Source: Candidatus Fermentibacteraceae bacterium
GTDB lineage: Bacteria > Fermentibacterota > Fermentibacteria > Fermentibacterales > JCC-6
Direction: 5' to 3'
Assembly: GCA_041750285.1 (NCBI GenBank)
Contig: JBGSZS010000011.1
Location: 64,001-128,000, forward strand
Length of the DNA stretch: 64,000 bases
Below are positions 28,301 through 37,842 of the stretch, piece by piece. Every line of letters starts with the position of its first letter. Position 1 is the stretch's first letter. The notes beneath the pieces were generated by a model. That model saw only the letters and a list, made by a program, of their open reading frames with translations. It made no database searches and was not told the DNA's origin. The translations under genes were made by a program, and so were the position numbers.

Positions 28301-28468
28301 AAGCTCCTCGTGATCCATTGATTCCGACAGAAGCGTGAAACCCGTGAGGTCAAGGAAAAGAACGGCCGCCCTCCGCCGTTCACCTTCGGTCAGTTTCGCC
28401 GTGCCGCCGCACGAAAGCGCTCCGGCTCCGGCGATCCTTTCCATGGCGTCATCAAGGACCATCGACAT
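25349..28468 (-). CDS. Class III adenylate/guanylate cyclase - STAND NTPase - TPR protein
   Basis: LFLDLTGFT, DKFEGDRLMALFG, VNIASRLE; FVGR, AGIGKSRL, LLLEDLHWAD, GNPF; C-terminal TPRs. Confidence 0.9.
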   Translation of the reverse strand: MSMVLDDAMERIAGAGALSCGGTAKLTEGERRRAAVLFLDLTGFTLLSESMDHEELHLLLGRIMGLLSTVVTLYGGYVDKFEGDRLMALFGAVAATENDSVRAVGCALRMLELLEDIRGALGGAAAVSARVGIDFGPLTVAPDPSGHITATGLTVNIASRLEEAAMTGSTLVSGAVRRECGDLYSWRDLGSMTVRGTGSEIDSFRPLGPGRLRMERWQRAARLTGSPFVGRREITDRIVNAIHESSQEGSEPAVFLICADAGIGKSRLAHHCVSDRTGFRVLHGKALSHAQPSCWLWISLLRDFFDADENSGGSREWYASAIRTLSAKCPVARTRAALDNLAESIAEILSLDAVGLKGGAAANSQSVMNAIRPALEAVFSMGDTLLLLEDLHWADEVSLSVLRGVLSQGMMVLPSGIIMTSRPPVPDLGFPLFAPERIELAPLSDDDTIGIASHILSLPPWKQLQPELAELIRRVARGNPFVVEELVLSLIESGGLREVEPGTWEQTVPCDRVRIPSSISVLTQARMDRLPGEERRILQYASVLGERFSRELLETVLKDLSLNAERLGQTMAGLVEKGFLSELGPMELGFRHALVGMAAYETLLKQNARVLHRTAALALERIYPTETDALSPVIFSHWDSACDTENALKWALRAMRIARDGGRPEEANGLSERILELTGDAIDDGMWQASMQALLVRQEMVERRGAHEEALGIVDRMLAEAGLRKSPLWLATSLRAKAKVLQELGRNAEFERTIQDALNAAVDSGDEIIAAKTKMTLANHRSSVGLSDSAMALYREAAETLEKHGLGSEAASLLSNMAVHAFRQGDDRLSESYAELAVQTHARHGNLQGLGYSLNSLAIACARKGKFDRAGELFLEALDAARKTGDRVHECTVLGNLGLLATKLGDIGGAMEYTNDSLELARSSRNYRTTATSLVNRARIQWLSGDREGACASARESLKVNELAGDVLNTAYANGVLGLVLLDSGATDEALLVCEELRRHVDEHSIRKEMLEDYCRLLDELERLGFDVPRPESWAGTVP

Positions 28469-28534
28469 GTTTTCAAGTGTCAGCCGCTTGTCCAGCTCAC
28501 CCTCCGTTCGGGCTGCGTGCCATTATTGCCACAG

Positions 28535-30382
28535 TCAGTCCCTGGCGAGAACCACCACCCTGTCTCCCGGGCCAAGTGTTACGGGGCGTGATTTGGGCGG
28601 GTTGATGAAGATCCCGCCGCCGGTCCTGTAACCAAGAGCTGTCTTGCCCCGTTTGATGGCTGAGGCGACGATCGTGTGGAAATTGGTCACGACCCCGCAC
28701 TGCACGTAAACGTCAGCCGGCTTGAGGTATATCTCGGAACCGTCCGGATCGAACAACTCGCTGAATACGTCCTTCAGCCTCCGGTTCTCGGAGATCTGCG
28801 TCAGAAGAAGGCTTACGAGCTTGTCACTGACAATGAAGTCGTCGGTGTTCGAAACCTCGGCAAGCCTTCTGTTCCGTTCATCCAGCATCTCCGTCACGAT
28901 GGTGAAGGAGTGACCGCCCCTTTTCCGGATGTCGCGGAGATGGAGGAGGGTTATCAGAGTCCTGGCGTCTGCCTGCTGGGGCGGGAGGTGCTCGGAACAG
29001 CTCTGGATTATCACGTGATCGCAGGCATCCATGTCCAGGGAGTCGAGGAAAGCCCTGTCCGTTATGTCTCCGTGGTGAAGGCTGACATCGAGGTTCCTGA
29101 GACCTGTCGAATCCAATTCCCCATTTTCAGTGGCAAGTGTGAGCCTGGAGCCCGGGGCGGCGTAGCTGTCAAGTTCCTGGACGATCATGGGCACCTTGCG
29201 GTTCCATCCGAGAAGCAGGATGCATTCCGGAATGGGGCGTTCTTCACGTGCAGCGGCGATGAGGGATTCGTTGACCCGCACGGTCTGAATGCCGGAAACC
29301 CTTGTTGCATCGTCATCCGCTGCGATCACGACTATACCGTGATCCCGTCCGACAACAGTGTCCGCCGGAGGATTGAGAAGGATCGTTCCCTCCCTGTCGA
29401 TGAGCCCTATCAGACATGAATCCTCGAAGGCGTGAACCGCCCTGGAGTAGGGTTCACCGGCCAGCAGCCTCTCCCGACTGAAATAGATCTCGTTCCCCTC
29501 GAAGCCGAGCAGTTCGCTGTAAACGCTCGAAAGGCCGGGCTGCCTGCAGGTCTGTGCGGTGATCCTTGCGATGATGTCTCCCGCCAGGATGAGCCGTGCC
29601 TCACTTCCTCCCACCATCTCCGCAACCCTCAGATTGTCGGGCGACCTGAGAATGCTCACTATGTGGTAGGGTTCGGTCTTTCTTGCGGGATTGTTCACGA
29701 GCGCCAGCATGGTCTTGATGACGGAGGAGTCAGGGGCATCGTCATCGGGCGGGAGGATGATGACCGATGAAGCGTCCCTGTGGTTGACTATCTCGAGGTC
29801 TATCGTCTCGATGGGGCAGCCCGTGCGGCATACCACCTTCGTGGAGCCCCTTCGGGGAATCCTGACCCTCAGTTCATCCTCCATCTCAACCTTGTCACGC
29901 TCGGCCAGAATGGCGATGCATGCCTTCCTGCGGGATGCGTTTGCCTCAACGAGTTCGGAGACCACGGTGAAAACCTGGGAACTCCATCCCAGAACGACCG
30001 TATGCCCTCGTTCGGCAACGAAAGAGCGTCCCTTTCTCATGGCATCGAGCCTGTTCTCGATACCAGTCGTGATGATTCCGATAAGCGTTCCCATGACGAA
30101 AAGTCCGCCAACTGTTACTGTGAGCATCGCGAGCAGGAAGAAAAGTGAACCCTGGTCTCCGGCCATGTTCCCGGGGTCTATCGCCCTCATCAGGCTTGCC
30201 CAGGCGATGCCGAAAAAATCCCTTTCCAGCGGATCTGTGCCTGACGCAGCAACCATGGAAGCGACAACCAGGACAAGAAGGGCGGTGACGATGAACAGCA
30301 TCGCTATCATCGAACCGGCTCCCCTTGCGGTCATGCCGTCGAACCAGTAGCGGAACCTTCTGCCGAAGCCCATGCCTCCCAT
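28535..30382 (-). CDS. CASTOR/POLLUX-like ion channel with tandem RCK domains
   Basis: RFRYWFD, RAIDPG pore region, RKGRSFVAE, HTVVLGW, QTCRQPGLS, GSEIYLKP, INPPK. Confidence 0.88.
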   Translation of the reverse strand: MGGMGFGRRFRYWFDGMTARGAGSMIAMLFIVTALLVLVVASMVAASGTDPLERDFFGIAWASLMRAIDPGNMAGDQGSLFFLLAMLTVTVGGLFVMGTLIGIITTGIENRLDAMRKGRSFVAERGHTVVLGWSSQVFTVVSELVEANASRRKACIAILAERDKVEMEDELRVRIPRRGSTKVVCRTGCPIETIDLEIVNHRDASSVIILPPDDDAPDSSVIKTMLALVNNPARKTEPYHIVSILRSPDNLRVAEMVGGSEARLILAGDIIARITAQTCRQPGLSSVYSELLGFEGNEIYFSRERLLAGEPYSRAVHAFEDSCLIGLIDREGTILLNPPADTVVGRDHGIVVIAADDDATRVSGIQTVRVNESLIAAAREERPIPECILLLGWNRKVPMIVQELDSYAAPGSRLTLATENGELDSTGLRNLDVSLHHGDITDRAFLDSLDMDACDHVIIQSCSEHLPPQQADARTLITLLHLRDIRKRGGHSFTIVTEMLDERNRRLAEVSNTDDFIVSDKLVSLLLTQISENRRLKDVFSELFDPDGSEIYLKPADVYVQCGVVTNFHTIVASAIKRGKTALGYRTGGGIFINPPKSRPVTLGPGDRVVVLARD

Positions 30383-30476
30383 TGGAACCCCCTGTTCGTC
30401 AGTGTGCGTCATCCGGGTGGGGTGCGTGAGTGCCAAGGTGAGAATATATGCCAGAAACGGCAGCGGTTCACCCGGG

Positions 30477-30504
30477 TTGACAGGACAGTGTCCGGTGCGA
30501 TATT
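30477..30504 (+). promoter_or_regulatory. Sigma70-like promoter of the tetR-RND operon
   Basis: TTGACA (30477-30482), 16-nt spacer, GATATT preceded by TGc. Confidence 0.55.
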
Positions 30505-30509
30505 GCCGA

Positions 30510-30525
30510 CTGACCGTTCGGTCAG
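30510..30525. promoter_or_regulatory. Putative TetR operator
   Basis: Perfect inverted repeat CTGACCG-TT-CGGTCAG between the promoter and the GGAGG RBS of tetR. Confidence 0.75.
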
Positions 30526-30540
30526 CTTGGAGGCACGTTC

Positions 30541-31155
30541 ATGGATCCATCATCGAGTTCGAAGGACAGAATACTGGATGCGGCAGGTCAGGTGTTCCGC
30601 GAGAAGGGCTTTGCAGGGGCTTCCATGCAGCTTATTGCCCGGAAGGCCGGTGTTTCCAAGAGCCTGCTGTACCATCATTTCGAATCCAAGCAGGAGCTCT
30701 GGCGCGCCATGGTCGACCAGTGCTTCCAGCGCTCCGGGATACTTGAGCGTTTCTACAGCATAGTCGCAAGCGGAGACATGAGGAGCCTTGCGGATTTCGC
30801 CGAGGGTGAGGAAGGGCTTTTCCACTTTCTTGGACGCAATCCCGGTGTTGTCCGCATGATGAACTGGCTCGACCTCGAGGGAGGGTTTGGAAAGGGCTTT
30901 CCGGATCCCTGTGCAAGGGATGCGGTTCTTGCAAGGATTCGCGAAATGGTCGACCGCGGAGTGATACGGGCCGACATCGACCCGGTGGTGCTGCCCATAG
31001 TCTACATGTCCATCTGCGTGAACTGGTTCAGCGCCCGCTGGAAGTACCTGGACTGGTTTGCCGGGGAAAGGGACGAGGAAAGCATAGACCGCCGGTTCAT
31101 CAGGGGTGCCATAGACATTCTTCTGAGGGGGATGACACCTGATGGGAAGGATTGA
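30541..31155 (+). CDS. TetR/AcrR family regulator
   Basis: RILDAA...FREKGF...IARKAGVSKSLLYHHFESK helix-turn-helix. Confidence 0.95.
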   Translation: MDPSSSSKDRILDAAGQVFREKGFAGASMQLIARKAGVSKSLLYHHFESKQELWRAMVDQCFQRSGILERFYSIVASGDMRSLADFAEGEEGLFHFLGRNPGVVRMMNWLDLEGGFGKGFPDPCARDAVLARIREMVDRGVIRADIDPVVLPIVYMSICVNWFSARWKYLDWFAGERDEESIDRRFIRGAIDILLRGMTPDGKD

Positions 31156-32206
31156 ACTCCTTGCCGGATCTCTGATGCTCGTTTCGGCTGTGTCCTGCGG
31201 AACACCCGGAGCCGGGCAATCAAGGGTGGTCTCGGTCACCGTCGAAGAGGCCCGCGCAGGGGGCTTCACGCGAAACGTCATGGCGCCTGCATTTCTTGAG
31301 TCAGCCGATGAAGCCCTTGTGGAGGTGTCCGTTCCGGGAAGGATCACCGCGGTCCACGTTGCCGAGGGGGATACCGTTGTTGCGGGAGAGATCCTTGTTT
31401 CAACCACGACAGACGGTGCAGGCGCTTCGGGAGTATCCGCCTCACTCGCAGCGGTTTCCGCATGCGAGGCCCTCGATGACTACCACCGTGGCAACCTCGA
31501 AAGGGTTGCCTCGCTGCTCGAAACGGGTGCCGCGAGTCCCGGGGACTACGAGAAAGCTCTTGCCGGGGCCCGGACTGCCGCCTCATCCCTGAGCTCGGCA
31601 AGGGCCGCCCATGCCGGCGCACTGGACGGTCTTTCCAGGGGAACGGTCGCAGCCCCTTTTACAGGGATCGTCACCCGTGTGCTGGCGAGGGTTGGTAATC
31701 CCGCGGCAGGGCCGATGGTGGCGCTGTCCGGCATTGGAGCCCTTCAGTGCAGGGTTTTCCTTTCACAGAACTCGCTTCCCTGGATCGAACCGGGTCTTCC
31801 CGCCTTCTTCGTCACCAGCCATCATCCGGGGCTCCTCTTCATGGGAACTGTATCGGCCGCCGCTTCTTCGGTCGACCCCGCAAGCGGACTCGTCCCCGTA
31901 ACCGTTCAGATCCCCGATTCCACCGGGCTCCTTCTTTCCGGCATGTCGGGCATGGTGACGATAGCCCTCGAGACCCTTCCCGGGGGAGTCGTTCTTCCAA
32001 GGAATGCCTTCATCACCGATCCAGACGGCCTCGACCGGGTATTCCTGATCAGGCGCGGAAGGGCGGTGGCAGTCGGGCCGGTCACCGGTCCGGAGAGCGG
32101 GTTCGATCGTCTGGTGCTTTCGGGGGTTCTTCCGGGTGACAGCGTCGTGCTCATGGGCAACAGACTGCTGACGGAGGGAGACAGCGTGAGGGTGGTTGCG
32201 CAGTGA
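31142..32206 (+). CDS. RND efflux periplasmic adaptor (MFP) lipoprotein 1
   Basis: Lipobox AVSC; VAEGDTVVAG; APFTGIV; GMSG. Confidence 0.88.
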   Translation: MGRIELLAGSLMLVSAVSCGTPGAGQSRVVSVTVEEARAGGFTRNVMAPAFLESADEALVEVSVPGRITAVHVAEGDTVVAGEILVSTTTDGAGASGVSASLAAVSACEALDDYHRGNLERVASLLETGAASPGDYEKALAGARTAASSLSSARAAHAGALDGLSRGTVAAPFTGIVTRVLARVGNPAAGPMVALSGIGALQCRVFLSQNSLPWIEPGLPAFFVTSHHPGLLFMGTVSAAASSVDPASGLVPVTVQIPDSTGLLLSGMSGMVTIALETLPGGVVLPRNAFITDPDGLDRVFLIRRGRAVAVGPVTGPESGFDRLVLSGVLPGDSVVLMGNRLLTEGDSVRVVAQ

Positions 32207-35200
32207 GCCTTCCCGGACTCGCCGTCAGGAGGAAGACCGCGTTCACGATGCTTTTCCTGCTCATGGCAGGGGCGGGTGTGTTCGGATTCCTCCAGATGGG
32301 CCTCGATTTCTTCCCACCCGTCGACACGGGGTCCATCGTGATCGTAACGATCCTGCCGGGAGCGGGACCGGAGGAGATCGAAACCCTTGTCACGGACATT
32401 ATCGAGGGGGCGGTGAGCGGGGTGGAATCGGTATCCACCGTGGAGTCCGAAAGCAGCGCCTCCGTCAGCGGGATAACCGTGGAGCTTTCCCTGGGAGCCG
32501 ACATCGAAGCGGCCGAGGAGGATATCCGCAAAGCAGTCGATTCGGTTCGCGACGACCTTCCCGATAATGCCCGCGAACCCCTGATCATGGCCCTTGAATC
32601 GAGTTACAAACCTCTTGTGATAGTTGGTTTCGAGAGTTCCACACTTCCAAGCCACGAACTGAGGCGGGTGGTGGAAGAAGAGATCGTCCCCGTGCTGGGC
32701 AGGGTCGAGGGCATATCCGGAACGACGGTCAGCGGAGGTGAGGAGAGGATCGTGAGGGTCGGGGCCGATCCGGTGCTTCTCTGGAGAAGGGGGCTCACCA
32801 TCTCCGCCGTCTACGGCGCCCTTTCCGCCGTCCAGTCCGATCAGCCCGGCGGAATGCTCGAGTCAGCGGAGCTTGAGACATCCATGAGCATGAAGACGGG
32901 TTTCAGAAACCTCAACCAGATAAACGAACTGGTCGTCGGGGAGTACGGTGGTACCCCCGTGCGGATCCGGGATGTGGCCGACGTTGCTTCCGGCCACCGC
33001 GAGCAGGTGAACAGGGTCAGGCTTGATGGCAGCAACACCGTTGTCGTCGTGTTCAGGAAGAGTGCCGACGCAAACACGGTGGAGACTTGCAGAGCCCTTG
33101 ATGAGGAACTCTCGAGGATCGGGGCCATCTACTCCCACATGCTTTCCCCCAGCGTTGTCTACACGCAGGAAAGCTTCATTGCCGACTCGGTGGAAAGCCT
33201 GACCTGGACCGCCCTGCAGGCGATACTCCTGGCAGCGGCAGTACTCGTCCTGTTCCTCGGTTCCTTCGCGAACGCCGGGATAGTGAGCATCTCCATGCCC
33301 GTCTCCTTCATTGCGACCTTCGCGGCCATGAGGCTCGCCGGAGTGAACCTCAACATCCTGTCCCTGGCGGGGCTGAGCATTTCCATCGGAATGATCGTAG
33401 ACAACTCCGTGGTGGTTCTGGAGAACGTGCACAGGCTCGCAGCAGGCGGGGCCGACCGGATCACCTCCGCCGACAGGGGAGCCTCTGAGGTGGGTCTGGC
33501 CGTTACCGCATCGGCACTCACCACGGTGGCCGTCTTCATTCCGATGCTGTTCGTGAAGGGGATGACGGGACAGATCTTCCGTGACCTCAGCATTACGATC
33601 GCAGCAGCGATCCTCATCAGCCTTTTCGTCAGCCAGACCCTCATTCCAATGCTTGCTTCGCTGCCGAAGAGCGTGGTAAGACACCACAGGCGCGGATCCC
33701 TCCTCGCCTGGTTCGTTGAAAGGGTCGACGGCCTCGAGCTGTTCTACGCGCGCGTCCTTTCCTGGTGCCTTGACAGGAAAGCCCTTCTTCTGTGGCTTCT
33801 CCTGGCCCTGGTGCTGGGAACCGGCGCCCTTCTGCCCCTCATACCCACGGCTTTCCTGCCCGAGCTCAAGGAGGGGGTGGTCGAGATCAACGCCACCCTT
33901 CCCCAGGGCACAAGCCTCGCCTTCGCTGACAGCGTTGCGGCCGCGCTGGAAGATTCACTGCTGGCAACGGTGCATCCCGGAGACCTGAGACACAGCTGGC
34001 TTCAGACCGGACGAAGCGAGGGGGTGGGTGCTATCTTCGGTTCGGACGCATCCTGCAGGATAAGCATATCGCTTTACTTTCAGGATGAGTCGCAGATGAC
34101 GGGATCCATAAGCGATTACGAATCGGGCTTCAGGAACGTGCTGGACGCGGTACCGGGGCTGACTTACACCGTTGAGACCGGTCTGCCCATTGGCAACAGC
34201 TTCCCGATCCAGATCGCACTCTACGGCAACGACCTGGCCGGGCTAAGGGATGCGGGGGAGAGGCTCAAACGAGCTCTGACGGGCATTGAGGGAACGGTCG
34301 ACCACCGTTCATCCCTGGATGAGTGGGTTCCCCAGATCGATTTCATTCCCGATCCTGCCGTCATGTCGCTTCGTGGAGCATCTCCGGCGGCAGTCGCGGT
34401 CGAGGTGAGCATTGGCATGCTGGGGGTGGACGCCTCAGTGCTCACCGACAACGGCCGCCAGGTGCCGGTGAACCTTCAGTACCGTGAGGAGTTCCGCTCA
34501 ACCCCGGAGGCGGTGGCCGCCCTTCCGGTGTTCGGCGCGCCCCTCGATTCCTGGGGAAGGCTGGAGAGGTTGCAGGTTCCCCGTGGAATAAACCGCAGGG
34601 ACCGGTCAAGATGTGTCCTTGTATCGTGCGGTGTGCGGGGGAGGCCGCTCGGAGGGATGGAATCGGAGATCGATGAAGTGATGGACACGCTGGACCTGGG
34701 CGGAATGCGCTGGGAACTCCTTGGTGACATACCGGACCAGAGGGAGGCTTTCGGTGCCATGCAGCTTGCGATCATAGTGGCCGTTCTGCTCGTGTACATG
34801 GTCATGGCGGCCCAGTTCGAGTCCCTCCTCGAACCGTTCATCCTCATTCTGGAGATCCCCATGGCAATGGCGGGTGTCGTTCTGGTTCACCTGCTGACCG
34901 GAACCACCCTGGGGCTTACCTCACTCGTGGGCATACTCATGCTTGCGGGAATAGTGGTGAACAACGGGATCGTCCTTGTCGACTTCGCCAACAGGAAAAG
35001 GGCATCCGGGGGAGGAACGGCCGAGGAGGCAGTGATCCTTGCGGGCCGCACGAGGCTGAGGCCGATCCTGATGACCGCGGCCACTACCATCCTTGCCCTT
35101 CTCCCCCTGGCACTCGGGGGTTCGCCCAGCGCCGATGTCTGGGCGCCGATGGCAAGAACCGTCGCCGGGGGCATGCTTCTCGCCACCCCGTTGACCCTTC

Positions 35201-35265
35201 TGATCGTGCCGGTGCTTTACACCAGGATCGACGGCATTCGAAGGAAGGGCGGCAGAAAGCCATGA
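32203..35265 (+). CDS. RND efflux permease (AcrB/AcrD/AcrF family)
   Basis: GMIVDNSVVVLEN, GIVVNNGIVLVD, RLRPILMT; 1020 aa. Confidence 0.95.
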   Translation: MSLPGLAVRRKTAFTMLFLLMAGAGVFGFLQMGLDFFPPVDTGSIVIVTILPGAGPEEIETLVTDIIEGAVSGVESVSTVESESSASVSGITVELSLGADIEAAEEDIRKAVDSVRDDLPDNAREPLIMALESSYKPLVIVGFESSTLPSHELRRVVEEEIVPVLGRVEGISGTTVSGGEERIVRVGADPVLLWRRGLTISAVYGALSAVQSDQPGGMLESAELETSMSMKTGFRNLNQINELVVGEYGGTPVRIRDVADVASGHREQVNRVRLDGSNTVVVVFRKSADANTVETCRALDEELSRIGAIYSHMLSPSVVYTQESFIADSVESLTWTALQAILLAAAVLVLFLGSFANAGIVSISMPVSFIATFAAMRLAGVNLNILSLAGLSISIGMIVDNSVVVLENVHRLAAGGADRITSADRGASEVGLAVTASALTTVAVFIPMLFVKGMTGQIFRDLSITIAAAILISLFVSQTLIPMLASLPKSVVRHHRRGSLLAWFVERVDGLELFYARVLSWCLDRKALLLWLLLALVLGTGALLPLIPTAFLPELKEGVVEINATLPQGTSLAFADSVAAALEDSLLATVHPGDLRHSWLQTGRSEGVGAIFGSDASCRISISLYFQDESQMTGSISDYESGFRNVLDAVPGLTYTVETGLPIGNSFPIQIALYGNDLAGLRDAGERLKRALTGIEGTVDHRSSLDEWVPQIDFIPDPAVMSLRGASPAAVAVEVSIGMLGVDASVLTDNGRQVPVNLQYREEFRSTPEAVAALPVFGAPLDSWGRLERLQVPRGINRRDRSRCVLVSCGVRGRPLGGMESEIDEVMDTLDLGGMRWELLGDIPDQREAFGAMQLAIIVAVLLVYMVMAAQFESLLEPFILILEIPMAMAGVVLVHLLTGTTLGLTSLVGILMLAGIVVNNGIVLVDFANRKRASGGGTAEEAVILAGRTRLRPILMTAATTILALLPLALGGSPSADVWAPMARTVAGGMLLATPLTLLIVPVLYTRIDGIRRKGGRKP

Positions 35266-36323
35266 GAAACACGGCCGCTGCAGTACTCTCGATCGCTTTC
35301 CTTTCGGGGTGCTCCCCGGGCGGGACCGCTTCCCCGGGTCCGGTGGAAGTGGAAACACTTTCAGTCTCTCCTTCGGAGATCAGACTGACTGTCGAGTTCA
35401 GTGCCCGGTTGGAACCGGGCTCAGAGGCTTTTCTCGTGTCTCCGGGTGGATTGATCCGGTCGATAACCGTAAGCGAGGGGGATTCGGTGGAGACCGGAGA
35501 GGTCGTGGCGGTGCTGAGCGGCGACGCGGCTCTCTCGGGGGCCGCAGCCGCAGCAGGGGCAGAGCTGCATGCCGCTCTTGCCCGGGCGGAGAGCGCGGCG
35601 AACGATGCTGCCCGCATCAGTGAACTTCACGAAGCGGGTGCGGTGAGTGATAACGCTCTTCTTGGCGCCCTTGCCGCCTCGGCTGCCGCAGAAGCCGCCG
35701 TTGATGCCGCCAGACACGCTAGTGCCGCGGCAGTCGCGGGGGAGAGGACGGGCATTCTGAGGGCTCCGTTCGATGGCATCGTTGGATCGGTCAGGGGAAG
35801 GGGAGGCATGCTTTCATCGCCCGGGGACATCGTCGCTTCAGTTATCGGCGGAGGCCTCATGGCAAGGCTTCTGGTTCCCGAACGCCACCTTCTGGAGATC
35901 CGTCCGGGGCTGACCTGCGAATTCCATCCCGGTGTGGGGGAATACCCTCCCCTTGAGGGTGTCGTTGAGACCGTGGCGCATTCCGTGGATCCGATAACGG
36001 GTCTCGTGCCGGTCACACTGTGCTTTTCGGGAGAAGGGGACACCCTGGTCCGTCCGGGCGTAAGCGGTGTTGTATCCATCGAACTGGTCCGGGTCCGGGA
36101 AGCAGTGGTTATCCCGGCGGACGCCGTTATCATCGCGGGAGGAACGATGCAGGTTCCCGTTCTGCTGGAGGAGGGGACCGTGGACTTCAGGGATGTGCAG
36201 GTCGGCATCCAGTCCGGTGATTCCATCGAGGTGAAAGGCGGCCTGGAGTTCGGTGAGGAGGTCGTAGTCGGATCATCAGCGCCCCTGGTTCGCGGCATCG
36301 GCGCAGTCAGGGTCGGACCCTGA
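35262..36323 (+). CDS. RND efflux periplasmic adaptor (MFP) lipoprotein 2
   Basis: Lipobox LSGC; VSEGDSVETG; RAPFDGIV; GLEFGEEVV. Confidence 0.88.
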   Translation: MRNTAAAVLSIAFLSGCSPGGTASPGPVEVETLSVSPSEIRLTVEFSARLEPGSEAFLVSPGGLIRSITVSEGDSVETGEVVAVLSGDAALSGAAAAAGAELHAALARAESAANDAARISELHEAGAVSDNALLGALAASAAAEAAVDAARHASAAAVAGERTGILRAPFDGIVGSVRGRGGMLSSPGDIVASVIGGGLMARLLVPERHLLEIRPGLTCEFHPGVGEYPPLEGVVETVAHSVDPITGLVPVTLCFSGEGDTLVRPGVSGVVSIELVRVREAVVIPADAVIIAGGTMQVPVLLEEGTVDFRDVQVGIQSGDSIEVKGGLEFGEEVVVGSSAPLVRGIGAVRVGP

Positions 36324-36368
36324 TCCATCCCGCCCTTCAGTGTGCATATTAGGCCCATTGGAATGGAG

Positions 36369-37220
36369 ATGCCGGTGCGGATCATCCAGGTTTTAACAGC
36401 GGCCATTCTGCTTGTGGCCTGTTCCCGCGGCGAGATGGCCGACCCACTCGAAGACGCCTTTCTGAAAGCCGCGGACGCATACGCACGGGGCGACCTTGAA
36501 GGGTCGGAATCATGGCTTCGCTCAGTGCTCGCCGCCGATTCGGCAAACACTGATGCCTGGCACAACCTTTCAGTGGTCCTGCTGGAACAGGGAAGGTACG
36601 GAGAGGCTGCGGCCGCCGCCGGCAGGGTGCTGGAGCTGCAGCCTCGAAGAAGGGGGACCCGGGCCCTTCTCTGCGGAGCCCTGCTCGGAATGGGGAATGT
36701 TGGCGGCGCGATCACGGCGGGTGAACTTGCCGTGTCGACCGATCCATCCGACGCATCCGCCTTCAACAATCTGGGACGCGCCTACCTCGAGGCGGGAAGA
36801 CTGCCCGACGCCGCAGGATGCTTCATCACGGCCATACGAAGGGCTCCCTCCGACCCTTCACCCCATTACAATCTGGCCTGCATGCACATAATGGCCGGCG
36901 AGCCGGAATTGGCCCTTCCCCTCCTTCAGCAGACGGTTTCGCTTGCACCGGCGTATCCCGGAGCAAGAACCCAGCTTGCCGTTGTTTACGGAATGCTCGA
37001 GTCCTACGAGGAGGCTGGATACGAGGCCGGGATGGCTCTGGCCATGAATCCCCGCGACCTGATGGCGATGAACTGCCTTGCCCTGTCCCGCCAAAACCTC
37101 GGGATGAACGATCAGGCCGTTTCGATCTACAAGGAAATGCTCCCTCTGGTAGCCGATTCCCTCGCAAGGGAGCAACTTCTGTCAAGGATGGAGATGCTGG
37201 CCGGTGAAAACGAACGGTAG
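36369..37220 (+). CDS. TPR-repeat lipoprotein
   Basis: LVAC lipobox; repeated AWHNL / AFNNLG / HYNLA TPR units. Start approximate. Confidence 0.85.
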   Translation: MPVRIIQVLTAAILLVACSRGEMADPLEDAFLKAADAYARGDLEGSESWLRSVLAADSANTDAWHNLSVVLLEQGRYGEAAAAAGRVLELQPRRRGTRALLCGALLGMGNVGGAITAGELAVSTDPSDASAFNNLGRAYLEAGRLPDAAGCFITAIRRAPSDPSPHYNLACMHIMAGEPELALPLLQQTVSLAPAYPGARTQLAVVYGMLESYEEAGYEAGMALAMNPRDLMAMNCLALSRQNLGMNDQAVSIYKEMLPLVADSLAREQLLSRMEMLAGENER

Positions 37221-37842
37221 TGGCGTGAACCTGAGGCAAGTGGTTCTCGGACCGATAGAGACCAACTGCTGGATCGCCGCATGCCCCGAAACCGGTCTGG
37301 CCATCGTGGTGGATCCGGGCGGGGGCACTGCCTCCCTCGGCCCGCTCATGGCCGCCATGGGCGTCACTGAGCTCAACGCCGTGATCAACACCCACGGCCA
37401 TTTCGATCATGTCTGGGGCAACGGAGAGCTTGGGGTTCCCACAATGATCCACAGGCTCGATGCCTCAATGCTTTCACACGCCCGTGAGGCCGCTGCTTCG
37501 TACGGATTCCAGATACCCGCCCCTCCAGCCCCTTCACGGCTTCTGGATGACACCGATGAGATCAGGGTGGGAAACCTCCGTTTCACGGTCATTCACACTC
37601 CCGGTCATTCTCCGGGAAGCATCTGCCTTCTCGGACATGGGCTTCTCTTTTCGGGGGACACCATCTTCCAGGGTTCGATAGGAAGGACGGACCTTCCGGG
37701 CGGTGATTTCCGGGAGATCTCCCGGTCCATAAGGGAAAGGATCATGCCACTCCCTGAAACACTGAGGGTCCTTCCCGGTCACGGACCCGAAACCACCCTG
37801 AAAAGGGAGACGGCCACGAATCCCTTCTTCCCCCGGACTTGA
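37204..37842 (+). CDS. MBL-fold metallo-hydrolase (glyoxalase II-like)
   Basis: THGHFDH, TPGHSPG, FSGD, GRTDLPGG, PGHG. Confidence 0.93.
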   Translation: MKTNGSGVNLRQVVLGPIETNCWIAACPETGLAIVVDPGGGTASLGPLMAAMGVTELNAVINTHGHFDHVWGNGELGVPTMIHRLDASMLSHAREAAASYGFQIPAPPAPSRLLDDTDEIRVGNLRFTVIHTPGHSPGSICLLGHGLLFSGDTIFQGSIGRTDLPGGDFREISRSIRERIMPLPETLRVLPGHGPETTLKRETATNPFFPRT

